Positions 26,731 to 39,855 of a stretch of DNA of 64,000 nt are shown piece by piece (positions within the stretch are counted from its first letter, which is position 1; each line of letters begins with the position of its first letter). The notes under the pieces are model-generated. The model was given only the letters and a program-made list of their open reading frames with translations, made no database searches and was not told where the DNA came from. The position numbers were made by a program, and so were the translations under genes. The stretch covers positions 86,286,833-86,350,832 of the forward strand of contig JARFYF010000104.1 of the NCBI GenBank assembly GCA_030265395.1. Reading direction: 5' to 3'. Source of the DNA: Rhina ancylostomus (lineage: Eukaryota).

Positions 26731-26975
26731 TAAAAATTTTATTTACAGTGTGGTAACAGGCCCTTCTGGCCCAATGAGTCCATGCCACCCATTTTAAGCC
26801 CCATATTAACCTACCTGTACATCTTTAGAATGTGGGAGGAAACCGGAGCACCCGGAGGAAACCCACGCAGACACGGGAGAAAGTACATACTCCTTACAGA
26901 CAGCGACGAGAATCGAACCCCGATTGCTGGTGCTGTAAAAACGTTGCGCTAACGGCTACGCTACCATGCCACCCC
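26731..26975 (-). mobile_element. tRNA-derived V-SINE (HE1-like) with CR1/HER1-type 3' tail
   Basis: Reverse complement has A/B boxes (tggtagcgtagccgttagc..ggttcgattc), the V-domain ctgcgtgggtttcctccgggtgctccggtttcctcccaca, and the tail gggccagaagggcctgttaccacactgtaaataaaa. Confidence 0.92.
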
Positions 26976-29900
26976 TAATGGACGTGTGTAAGACCCATTT
27001 AGCTGTGTCAGGCTCCTTGGACCTGACTGAATTTATAAGCAATGGGCCCACGATCAGAAGCAATTGTTGGCATGCCACATGACAACCGATTAACGTAGGC
27101 CTCTGTTCTTGAATGTTTCTATGATTCTGTCACTCAGAAGCATTCTGAAGCAATGAAAAATACTCAAACTATTAAAAATATAAGAATAGAATTCAAATAT
27201 AAAAGCATTTTAAAAACACTGAGAAACCAATTAAAAAGTATAAATAAACAGAAGCAGTGTTTATTCTTGAAAAGCAAATTATCCAAACCTTATCTTGATC
27301 CCTCTGTGGTTCTTCTCTATTTAAATGAATGGAAACCCCATTCCCATAATGTATTATCAGGTTAGATTCCCCAGTGTGAGTACAGGGAACCTGCCACAGC
27401 TTTGCCTGCTGCCACTGGACTTCACAAGGAGCCCAACATTAACATGGAATGGGAAACACCGGCAAACAAGTCTGAAGAAGTGCAGAATTGCCAGTATTTC
27501 CCTGCTAAACTTGGGTCATTGTCCTGTCTTAATTAAAGGTCCTGCACGTAAACATTGAAGTCCCCTCAATGTGAAATTGTTCAGATTGGAGGAAAATATT
27601 TTATTAGGCATCAATCAATAATAGCAGTTTGGAGAATACTATTTACATAAAAGATCTTGTATCCAGAAATTGTACTTGAAGCAGCAGTACAATGAAGAAA
27701 AATTCACAACAAATTCAATTTCAGAATAACACAAAAGCGAAATGCTGAGAGTTAGAAATGATGTACAGGAATTATTCAGCAGCACCTGTGGGGGGGAGAG
27801 AGAAGTATCAAGCTGAAAGGATGTTACTTTCCCTCTCTACATAGGCTGGGTGACCCTTCGAGCAGCTGCATCATTTTGCTCTGAATTAACTATTCTTTGC
27901 TTCTTATGAAAATGTCTCAGTGCAAGCAAGCTATTAATTTTTCATCCACTCTAGTCCTCATACATTGATTGGACTGAAGCTGGAATCACAACAGTAGGAA
28001 GTCTCAACAAACAGATTTTTGCAGTAACTTTTAAAAATAGTTGTGCATTTGGATTAGTAGCTTCTTCTATAGGAGTTGCCTGTTTCAACCGTGATCAGCT
28101 ATTGGTCGTTTATAATGGATAACTAAGCACTTTCACTTTAGTTAAATAAAGTAGACTGGGGCTGTCAGCCCCCAACAGGAAGTCAATTTAAGAGAGCTGA
28201 CTTGTGTCCTTGTGAGAGTTTGTGTCCAAGAATGAAAATTTGCAAATAAATAGGCAGCCACAAAATTAAGTCAACGTGAAGTGGCCCCTGTGACAATCTT
28301 GAACTTTGCTAATAGAATGGTACCATGGAATGTTCCCGTGCTGCCATAGCACCATGGGGCAAATGATTGACTGGAATCGCAGAGGAAGTCTAGTCAACCC
28401 CTTTAAAGAGCTTGCAATTTTAAATGCCAGAGAAGGTTAAACTCCATGTGGAGTCAGACAACTTTGTCACTTGTATAGTTGTTTGTATTTTGTTCCTAGC
28501 ACCACAGTTCTGCCAGATACCCCACAGGTAACCCTAAAGCCCTGTTGCTTGGGTGTTGAGAGAAAGGACAATAACATTTAGTCTTATCCTTCACTGAGAA
28601 GATCAATTGCAAGTGTCTGGATATTTGAAATGTCCCTGTGAGTAGTCAGACTAGGAACCATGGGAACCATTGAAGGAAATAGGGAAAAGAGACACTTAGC
28701 TACCAAATATCTGGCAGTTGTGGAAACCTTTATTTTAGAAGTTTTTGATATTCATTATGATTTTTTAAATTGGTGGATGTAGTCTTGTATTTTTATTGTA
28801 TTTCAGAAGTGAAAGCCATGTGGGAATTCTCTTACTAATTTAATAACTGAGACTCCTAGAACAAAAAGTTATGGTCACTGGAGGAACTGAAGTATGTGAA
28901 CGACTGAATCAAAGTTTTTATTTTACTAAAATTAAATGTGCATTTGGTGATAGCAAGTAGTGGTAGGTTATAGAAAAGTACATGGTTTTTGACAGAAAAA
29001 AAGATCATAACAGATTTAATCTTTCTATAAAATAAATGTGGGAGCTAGTCATTTCTTTGGAAGTGTGCTTGTAGCTATGTGCCCTGGGAAATTATAGCAG
29101 ATCTTAGAAATATTGTGTTGGTTTGAAGTGGAAGAAATTCTTTCACTTGAATTCTCATAGGTGCTAGTTAGTCCTGCTAAATCTCACCTCAGCTTAAAGT
29201 AGGGAGGAATAAAGCTGCCCAGAACACCTTTTGTTTCTGCCTTTCCCTAGGCTGTCTGTAAAAGAAACTCTCTGTTAAGTGCAGCGGCTGAGTTATGAAG
29301 GTTAAGTACAGAGCTGTGAAGATTGATCTGTGCAGATTCAGGCATTCATTGTAAACAACTGATGGGAAGGGAAAAAAACGCTAACCCATTTCCAATAAAC
29401 TTGAACAGAATAAGCAAATTCTCTATTTAAGTTAGTGCAATTTACATTGTCAAAGCACTTTCAAAATTGTGCTATAGCACTCTGCTATTGAAAGTTTACC
29501 CATTGATAAACTGATTCACTAAACCCAGTCAATGCCTCCTTCAGAGAAACGTAAGTGTTGCAGGAGTTCAGTGTTCGTCTGGGTAGCAGAGGACCTGGAA
29601 ACAGACAAGGTGACCTTACAGCTGCAACCTGTGCCTTGATCGGGCCTTCCATGTACATTTATTTCAGTGTTATCCGAAATAAATGGGTTCATATTAATGG
29701 CAAGTAATTTTGCCATTTTTTTAATATATTAACATGTGCTGGCTGCCAAATGCAATGCTAAAAACATTTTTAACTGCCACAGTAAACAAAATAGTTATTA
29801 TAGTGCTTAGATAAAGATTAACTGTTCTGGCAATTCATTTAACAAAAACCCAATTTTACTTCAGTGTTCCAGTTCAGTGCAAGACATCACAATAAAGATG

Positions 29901-32900
29901 ATTTGTTGAGTCTCTGATAAAATTAGATGGCAAAGACAGGAGCTGGTGTAATTCATTCGAGCAAAAGAAACTAGTTAATCAACAAAACCTGTGTGGGATA
30001 AAATCAAATTGAGGCAATATTTCTTAATTTTGGCAGTCCAGCCTTTCAGGTTTGAAAGGAAAATTACCCATTCAGCCTGTTGAAAAGCAGTCGATCTAAG
30101 ATGTGTTTTGTTCACCCTTGTGTAAGAGGCATGGACATCAAATGGGTGCCACTGTACAATACAGGAAGACTTTTCAGGTGCTTTACATCTACAACCAGGC
30201 CTTTAGACACTTGATGAATGTTAATAAACAAAGGGAATTATATTGTGAAAATGGCCTATTTCTTATGGCATTGAGCTATAAATTAGTAGATCTGATTTTT
30301 TAAAAAAATACACGTAGATGATGATCTATCCCTTGGAGCTATTTCTTTTCTTTCAAACTAAACAACAGATGATAGACATAAAGACCCTGAAGCAATTATT
30401 TTAGTTTGTATATATTTTATTTTTCCCAGTCATTCTCCTAATTCATAGCAAGCATTGAAAATTCCATGTTTTTTTAATGATGAATTTCCTTTTGGACTGA
30501 CTTGATATTAGGGAAGATATGCACTTATTGACACTTCCCACAAACATAACTGCCGACAATATTTTACCACAAGTTTCAACTATAGAACTGCATAATGAAT
30601 AACTGATGAATATTTTGTTATTTATATTCCATTGCACAGCTGTGTCTTCCTTCCCCTCCTGAGCAATAGAACACACTGGCCATTTGTTGGTTAGTTCACA
30701 TTTCACACTATGGGGAATTGAGAGTATGGAATATTTAGCAAAGAGGTCCATTTGCAGCAGCCACTGCATGCTTGGATTCTTCCTGGTCATTTAACATCTG
30801 CCTAATGAGGTATTCCAGGGCCAGTTTACTTGCTTTTTTGTGCAATGATTATGACTTGGGTCATTATTCCCTCCAGTAAGAGGACATGCCGATTTACACA
30901 AATTTTGCCATCTTGAATTTAGAAGTAAATTCTGCAATGGAAATTATCCTTATTTCAGATTGACCTATTTATAGAAAATCATTTGCTAAATCAATTTTAA
31001 GAAATCGATTTTTTTTTCCTCTGTTTATGGGACATCTCAGGTGATTGCCCCCTTTATCATTTTAGCTGCTTGTTTCACCTCTGCCACTGATGCCCACTGT
31101 AGAGCTCAACTGTTTTGGCCTTGTGTGCACCCGGGTCAATCTACTTGCAACCTACTTTGATTGAAGCCTGGATTCCATGAGGTGCATTGAGGTGATTTAA
31201 ATCTGTGCAGCATTCCTGTCCACTGGCAGTACCCCTCTCAAAACCCACCTGGCTCAGAATTTTCCTTTAACTATCACTTCAACTTGAGCAAGCTGATGCT
31301 ACATTCCTTTCCTTAATCTTCTGCACAAATACTCTGGAAGAAATTTCTTCAGCAATGTGGATTGAATCTTCCCCAGCAGGAAGCTCAGGACTTGAGATCA
31401 ATCCAGGATCACTTGGGGTGGATCATTTAGCAAGTAGTCATTGCCATAGGTGCCTTTGCTAATGAAATGAATGTCTCCTATTTACATCCGCAGTGCAAGA
31501 GGTTGCTCCCTTGCTCTTTCCACTTTTTAAAGAGGCTAATTTTGTAAGTTGGAGTATTTGTTACCACTAACCCGCATTCCACATCTCCACCCACTCCCAA
31601 ATCTTTCTCTTTGATTTCTGGCCCCCCACTGTGTATAGGCACAGCAGATCAGCACCTGAGTTTGAGATAAACCACCATCTGTATGTCTTGAAAGGACAAG
31701 TTTGATGGTGAGGGCTGCTTTGATTGCTCTCCTTTCAAGTTCTTGTATGTGTTTTCGGCATAGTTATTCAATAGCTTGCATCAGACCTTTCCTGAGCAGA
31801 GGGAGCTGCAAAAAGACACAGACATTTTTAAATGTGTTGAGCCATTTGATTTAGTGATGTTGCCATTTAATGCTTGAGGTTTAGTTGGTTTTGTGCCATT
31901 ATAGAAACTAATACCAATTCGCAGATTAGACCACAGTAGCCAATACTTCCTGTTGTGAGCCATGAGAATGAGGTCATTTAGAAATGTCATCCCAGCATGA
32001 GGTTAACTGATTTGTGACTCCTAGCTTAGTTCAGTTTAGATTAGGAATTGTGAAACAGGACTTAAACCAATATCCATAATGGTGATGTGACAAAATATAA
32101 TGGTTCAATTGTGATGTCCAGCAATATTTTTATAGTTTTACATAAGAAATATTATGTAAATAAACAATCATGGAATTGCTCTAGAAAATGCCTTTTATCA
32201 TTTAAACCACTGAAACTAATAAATCAAACCAATCGCCCTTTATGAAATTTGTTGAGTGAAGTCTCTAGGTAATTTCTATAAATGTGGGAAAAAAAACCCT
32301 AAGTTTTGTTGTTACATTTTCAGAGCTGTCTCACATGAGCTATCTGTTCCTTTATTCATAAATGTAGCTCTTATAGAAGCTCAGACATCCTTGATGATAT
32401 TTCCTGTGAGAGATGGGAAGGATCTAGCATGCTCAGTTGTGCTACTGTGAATGGGAACAAGGCAGTGAGCTCTGAGACTGCGTAGTACTAAAGCAGGATC
32501 CATGATGCATTATTGTGTGTGACTCATGGACTATCTGCAGCTGTAGCCGTGGCCACATCATACTTGCCTTTGGCTTTGTCCTCTATGGGTTGGCAAGTTG
32601 GCAAGTTCACAACTACGTGTTACGATATGGGAATACTGAATGAGCTGGAGATCAGATGCCATCACATGCACTGTCTAGGGCTGTTCTGGATCATTTTGAG
32701 GCACAGGGATTGATTACGCTCTGTATATCCAACATAGGCCATTCATAGGAACGGGCTCACTGATCAGTAGTAAAGTGAAGGTTACATTTTTTCGCCATTA
32801 TTTATAATGAAATTTAAAAATAGACAAACAATATAATTTTTAATTAAATGTCATTCAATGGTGTCTAAATGTCTCTGATCATTAGGGATATTTGGCACTA

Positions 32901-33159
32901 GTTGTAAAAACTTTGACGGTTTGAGCTTTCAGAAGGGCATGAGGGTGGTTCAAGGGCAGGGCCTTGGGTTTTGCTACCTGAGGCCTAGTCATTAGTGGTG
33001 GGCAACTCTACAGGAGCGAAGCCTCAGTGATGTGGCTGCAAGAGTCTGACTTTGGGATCAATCTGAGTCTGACATTGGGTGCAGCTGGGGGACATGATGA
33101 AGGCTTGGGTCTGCTTGAGTATGATTCAGGCCAATGACTGGTCCAGTGAATGTACAGGT

Positions 33160-33255
33160 TTAAACAAAAACAGAATGCTGGCAGGCATCAGTGAGGAGAG
33201 GAACATGGTCAACATTTTAATCAAGAACTCTTCATCAGAAAGTTCATCAGATTTA
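33160..33255 (-). mobile_element. Penelope-like 3' fragment with decayed hammerhead core
   Basis: Plus strand aaacagaatgctggcaggcatcagtgaggagag..caacatttt..tcttcatcagaa; minus strand reads CTGATGA-agagttcttgatt-AAAA-tgtt. Confidence 0.55.
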
Positions 33256-35494
33256 AGCATATTTGCCCTTATCAAAATACTTCTCTAAGTTAATATGGAA
33301 AGAATGTGTCATCAAACTTGAGTGTTGTTTTATTCTTTTATTCCTTTTGCAAATTAATTCTGAGATAAATGAATACTGTGCAATAGTCAATTGACTAATT
33401 ATTTATTACCTTGCCTGAATTTGGGAATTTGGGCATATAAGAGCAGAAAAGGGTGACAGTTCAGGTCATGATCTGATTTACTTCAAATCGGGGTTAAAAG
33501 AAAAGCTTAATATTATTACAAAATGGAAACCAGTGGGCAAAAAAAGGCAAGAGTCTCTTATTCCATATTTCACATTGAGTTGTAAAACTGAATTTGAATG
33601 ATTTGTGGGTTAACAAAATAACTATGGGCTTTTACAGCAAGCCAGTAGCTTTCAATTTGGTTTGTTCCTATCCTTCAACTAAATGATCCTCCCTGCCTTA
33701 TCCACATTGCCATATGTCAGTCCAGGTTCACTCTGTGTGTTTAAATTGTGATGGTCTCAGGACAACGAGGGAAAGGTAATAAGTACTAGCCTTGACCATT
33801 GCCAATTGAATCTCAAAGTAAGTAAGAATTAATAAAGCACATTGCTGCTACTTTCAGAAATGTATCAATAATATGCACAATGAATTGTCTGCTATTATGT
33901 GAGCACATCATAAACCTTACTTTGCACACATGAGATGAATGGGCACAATGTGTTTTTTCTTTGGTCATGTGGGTAGAGGAAAAATTCATCAGAATAACTT
34001 CCATTTCTTCAAAAAAACACCAAGGCATTTATTTTGTCCAACCAAACCAGTAGAATAAGAACTAGGTTTCAAAGGGTATTCATTTCCTTTCAGCTTTTAA
34101 AGGCACTTAATGGATTAGGAGGAACAGGAGTGATGTTCTTCGCTTCCTCCCATTCAGCAACCACTCCAGTCCAGATGTTTTCCACACCTTTGCCAATGCC
34201 CTGGCCCCACCTCACCTCTACTGGGGACTGTATTTGGTCCCCAGCAGTGGCTTAACCTCCCACCAGTTCTAATACCCATATGTCAGCAGTGAGATCAGTC
34301 CTGTTGGGTTTGGGTGGACTTTAAAGTCACTGAGTTCTCAAACCTGTTGGTCCTTGTGCTTCAATTATCCTCCTTTCAAATAATACCTTAAATGATAATT
34401 ATTTTATTTATAAATAAGGTGAGGATAACCCACCCTCCAGCATTAAGTCAGCACTAAAATTAGTCAGATTGCATTTGGAGAGAGCAAAAGGAAACAGCAT
34501 TATTATGCATTAATTGCTATCCAATATTGATTATAGATACAATCGTACACTACAACATTGTAGACTACAGGAAACTTTTAAGCTGATTCACGGTTTTTGG
34601 TCAAGTTGGTTATTTTATAAATTGACTTTTGGTTTACGATCAACAAGAAAAATAGTCACAGAGCAGATGCACTATTTTTTTAAAAGCAATGTTATTGATA
34701 CACATACTTTATAGGTTTAGCTTCTGTGCACTCTGCAGTGAGATATTACCACATTAGTTTGTGAGTGGATGAGGAGAAGGTACAATGATGTTCATCTCTA
34801 CAATAGAAAGGGATGGCAGGTGCTTTAGAGTCACTGGTATAAATTACTGTAATTATTGCTGCATGTACTCTGTACATGTTAACCTGTTACAGCCTATCAG
34901 GTGATATGGTGCATATCACATATTGATTTTGGTTCTTGAATTAATGAAAAAGAACGACTTGCCTTTTTATGGCAGTTTTCATGAGGTCAGGATGTTTCAG
35001 AACAGCTGAAAAAGACTTAAAACACAAACTGATTGCAAGCATTGACTCTCAAGGTGAAAATCCTGTGTGCAATCATCATTTTGAAAGGACTTGAGACATT
35101 TAGCAGGACAACCGGCATTTGAGAGCAAATGCAAGGCTCACGTTTTGGATTGCTTTGCAGACCCAATTGTATAATGGACTGGACAAAGAGCAAAATTGTT
35201 GAAACCTGGAATACGAAGAGCCCGGATGTGTAGAAAGATGATAAGGGTCATACAGGGATTCTTAGATGAGAGCCAAGTTCTTGAAGTCAATGTGCCTGAG
35301 AATGGAGAACCAATGGAATTGAAATGGACATGACAATCTGTGAATGAGGCAAAATTTGATCAAAAAATGAACATTCTTTGAAGAATTATGCATATTATTA
35401 ACTTTGAATAATTGTTAACTTTCAGTTGTGCATTTCATTCCTGTTTTTTGCTTGAGCCTGAGAGAATTTTCCTATAAATTTGGCCAATACTCAC

Positions 35495-35860
35495 TGGAGT
35501 TTATAAGAATGAGAAATGATATTGAGAAAACAAAATGCCCAGAATGTGTGTCCTGTGGCTGGGGAATCCAGAATGAGGGGACATCTTAGGATAAGGAGTT
35601 GATCATTTAGGAGTAAAATGTGGAGATTTTTTTTAATGGAGAGGGTTGTAAATCTATGGAATTCTCCACATTTAGGAGACTGTGGATTCTCAGTCATCGA
35701 GATGATTCAGAACTGAGATTGGTGGATTTACAGGCATGAAGGGAATCAGAGGTCAAGGATAGCCCGGGAAGGTGGATTTGAAATGCAGGAACAGGTGTTA
35801 TTTTATCAAATGATGGAGCAACCTTGATGATATAACTACTGCTTCTCTTTCTTGTGTTAT
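35495..35860 (+). mobile_element. Degenerate CR1 3' fragment
   Basis: ctggggaatccagaatgaggggacat..aggataagg..tttttaatggagagggttgtaaatctatggaattct (GESR.RGH..R..FF..RVVNLWNS). Confidence 0.75.
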
Positions 35861-37684
35861 TATAATCTGTATGATTACATTCAAGAATGACAGGTGTAAG
35901 CTCTAGATTCAAATGAGAGTAGGCCATCAGTTTGTATTGTTCACTGCTGCCTTCTTTCAAATTGCAACAAGAGCATTTAATACCTGTGAATACTAATTGG
36001 GGATTGTGACATGAAACTATGTAATATTACAGCACAGTCAAACTGCCAGTCTGAACAATGTCATTTTCACACCAGTCACAATGCGCAGTGGAAACACTCA
36101 CCAGTTGAAGTTGGTTTAAAATTGCCTGTGTGACTTGTATTATTTTGGCAGATGGCCAGTTACTTGTGTTGAATAAAACCACAGCGTGTATGTGTAGCGG
36201 GGGACTTCTGAGTGAGTTAGGGGTTATAACTTTCAGTGTGCCAAGAAGGTTGGGATGGAGCTGAGTATCAATGCCAACTTTGGTGAACTGTCATAGATAC
36301 GTGAGGTTTTGAACTCTTGCAATTTTCATCATTGTTATTGCCATCCTCATTGTTTGAGCCTGGGAATGGTAATAACAGTCTCCATCTAATTACACCTGTA
36401 ATGCATGCCTCTCTGGAAACATGCCAGCTTTCACTGTGTTTCCGACAATACCCAAACAGCTGACGTTGTGTGAAACTCAAATTTGCTCTATGTCGTGGAA
36501 GCTCCCACTGGATGCTTGGCAAGGTGTGTAAAAGCTCACGAGTTTCCAAGTGAGAGACAGGTTACCACCAGCTTTACATAATAATATTGCCATCAAAATG
36601 ACTTTGAACTCAAAAGTGCAAGTTATGAACTTCACACTCATTGTTTCTACTCATTTTGCTTGGCTAATAGGGTCCTGGGTGACTTGCAAATTGAACAGAA
36701 ATAAATTTATATTGCTAAATGCAGGTTTGAACCAAGCTCATGAGTTTCCACTGACTCTGGAACTGTTTCACACTTTCTTTTAAAAGGACAATTGTGGCTG
36801 TGAAATTATAATTGGCCAGTCAGTGATAAATTGGAAGAAATCCTTAAGGTCATGTCCGGCATCGTTAAGCTTCCTAGTGAGAAAGGGAACATAAGATAGC
36901 CGTAGAGTTCAGGGTAAAGCTTTCATCAGTTATTATCTTTCAGGGTTATACTCTGTATTGACAGGTTGAGTTCCTTTCTGCGCAAGGTCTGATCTCTCCA
37001 CTGAGCAAACAGAGGAGGAACAGAGCCCAACAAAGGCTGATTGATCCAGTCTCACATCGGGAGCATTCTTTTAAACACAGCCCACTGTGGCATTATACAA
37101 ATGGCTAATGTTTAGTTTAGGCACTGTTGAGCAAAAACCCTTTGTGGATATTTTTAATCCATGCTTGCTTACTGTTTGAAAGTACAAGAAACTCAGTTAA
37201 TTCTAACTCTTGATTGGTCAAAAACTGTAAGTCATCTCACTGCATCTTAATAACTGTTTTTATCTTGTATTTAAAGCTGGGCTAGTTCTGCTTGCTTATA
37301 TCTCTTCCAGCAGTAGTTGGGCCGTAACAGTACCATCTCATCCCTTTATATAAGCTTTGTACACTTTCTTTTACATCTACATGCCTTCTCTCATTTCTAA
37401 TACCCTCACTCTTTCCTTGTACATCCTCGACGTACTGCTCCATTGTTCTCTTTCTCTTCCGTAAGACTTTTGGTAGCTTTTCACTGCTTAAAGATAACAG
37501 AATACCCTTCACGTTAAACAGTAATGATCTTTTTTGCACAGAGCCAGATTTGCAAAATTCACATGAAAACTTCCGCGTAAATAATTACTTTGTTACGTTG
37601 TATGAAGATATATCTTTTAAATTTTTTAAAACTGATCCAGTGAAGTAGCCAACGGCTGAGCCTTTTATATAATTGCCAACACCA

Positions 37685-37830
37685 AATTGAAAATGCTGGA
37701 AACAAACAGCAGTTTGGGGAATGCATAGGAGGAGAGAAGCCAGACTAACATTCAAGGCCATTGATCTTGAGTGTTTCAGCATTTTCTGTTTTTATTTCAG
37801 ATTTCCAGCACCCTGCACTATTTTGTTCTT
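37685..37830. mobile_element. Short inverted pair of Penelope-like terminal fragments
   Basis: aaaatgctggaaac..(minus orientation) is followed directly by gtgtttcagcattttctgtttttatttcagatttccagca (plus orientation). Confidence 0.6.
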
Positions 37831-39360
37831 GTTTTGATTGTGAATGGGGTAGAATGTCTGACCCAACTTCTGCCTGCTGCTCACCAATGCCTGTGGCTAC
37901 TATGCATACTGATCAGGAAACCTGAGCCATCCTTGTTGAACTCCTGACTGAGTTTGGTGGGATGAGCCACTCTGTACCCCTCACTGGTCATCAGCGTATA
38001 GGGAAAGACCAAATAACTAACTGGCCCTTGTCCATGCTGACAGCATAATTCCTCTGTTTTATAGCTGATTGACAGTTTTCAGCCGTGATGGTTTGAGATA
38101 GGATGTGGTTTAGTATTCACCATCTGCCTCAGAAGAAGGATACAGCTGAGTTGTTTTGCTGGATTTTCCTTCTCATCCTCCAGAAGGGAGCAGAAGTACA
38201 GAAAATATTTAAGCAAACATTTAGGGACAGCTTCTGATTTCATTATTTTCCCAGAATATTCCTGCCTGGTTGGCGGGCATTTTAGGCAAACAATTATGTG
38301 AGTGCATAACGTTTACAAAGTTCAGTCCTGCCACCACTCTCCCATCTCACTTCCACTCCCACTGACCACACAGATTCCCAAGGAATGGCTCTGGTTGGTC
38401 TTGCTCAGCAAAAGGTCTCCTGCCACTCAATGGTCTCGTTGTGCTGGAAATATCAACAGAGCTCTGCTGCTGAATAGTAGGGGCTATCCAACAGCACCAA
38501 GGCAGGGGGATTATATTGCCAAGCAGTATGGCAAGAGAAGGGCCTTGCTCACTTGTGGGCAGTTGGAAGGTGGCTGGCTTGGCAATTGGCAAGCTACTCC
38601 ACTAATCAGGCCTGGCTCCAAGCTGAAATGTGGGTAAGTACCAGTAGTTGGTCCTGTTATTGCTGCTTTGATGGGTTAAGCAGTGAGAGATGTTGAGAAT
38701 ATCAGGTCTTGTCTAACCTGCCCCTGTTCTCTTTTACTGGATTTCCTGTGGACAATTAAACAGACCCTTAGATTTAAGCAACACCTCTTGTTACACAGGG
38801 TTAGCAGAACCCACAGGAAAGTGGTCATTTCCTGTCAGTAAACACTAACCTCAAGTACTTTACCCTAATAGCAAGTTGTGGTGCTTTCATTTAGTAATAG
38901 AGGCAGCAGCTCTTGGTTGTGTGATCTGGTGGGAGCTTCAAAAAAAAGTTGCTACATATTTTTAAGGGTTTAGATGGTACAAAGAAATCAAAGCTTAAGA
39001 ACCAATTTCACCACAGAACCTTTTGCTTCAACTTTGTTTCAAGATAATTAAATTTGTGGTTTAGACCTCAAAGCATTCCAAGTTATCCTTTCCAAAGCCT
39101 CAAACGCCACAGTTTGTAACTCCTGACATTGAACTGATAAACATTGTCGTTGACTGGGGTTACTTAACTGTCTTTATCAATGTGCTGTAAAATTACACTT
39201 TCAAAATCTTGAAACCTTTTCTAAAGCCAAAGCACTCCACTGCCAGTTGCAATTGCTGATCTTAAACATGTTTCAACCTGTAATAAATTAAAGAGGGAAA
39301 ATAGATGCTTTATTTACTTCTGTACAAAATCCTAAAATGGTTTCTATTTACACTTCACAG

Positions 39361-39426
39361 CTTCGGCTATCCCAGATAATGGAAAGAAGACTTGTTTAAA
39401 ATTGAAAGTCCTCGTGCGACAATCAA
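39361..39426 (+). CDS. efna5: Ephrin-A5 coding exon 3
   Basis: Acceptor cacttcacag| and donor |gtaagt; 66 nt, phase 1-1. Encodes (S)SAIPDNGKKTCLKLKVLVRQS(N), compared with human [23 protein letters not shown]. Not in the ORF track. Confidence 0.96.
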
Positions 39427-39774
39427 GTAAGTTTCTTCAGCAGGCTTGCAGGAGTAGCTTTAGCGCATGCTTTATTGTAACCACTGGTAAAACTTTTCTT
39501 TCTTATTGTGTATATCCTGTGTGGTATCTGTTCTGTACATAGCATTTTCTGTGTTTTTTTTCCATCATATTTTTTTCTTACATTTCTTCACTGAGCTTAT
39601 ATGGCAGTTGCTAACTTGTTGTTTCTGAAAGTTTACCATGGTTGAAACAAATGGACAAGTTCAGCAATAAACAACGTGGAACAATTTTTTTAAAAAAAAG
39701 AGAAAGAAAAAAAGCAGGGAAATTAAAAAATGTCACACTAACATATTTGGCTATTATTTCTATTTTTGTTATAG

Positions 39775-39855
39775 ACAGCTGTTCGAAAACTGTAGGTGTA
39801 CATGAAAGTGTTTTCGGTGCTAACGACAGAGTAGACAGTTCATTAGAACCAGCAG
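39775..39855 (+). CDS. efna5: Ephrin-A5 coding exon 4 (27-aa linker exon)
   Basis: Acceptor tttttgttatag| and donor |gttagt; 81 nt, phase 1-1. Encodes (N)SCSKTVGVHESVFGANDRVDSSLEPA(D), compared with human NSCMKTIGVHDRVFDVNDKVENSLEPAD. Confidence 0.95.
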
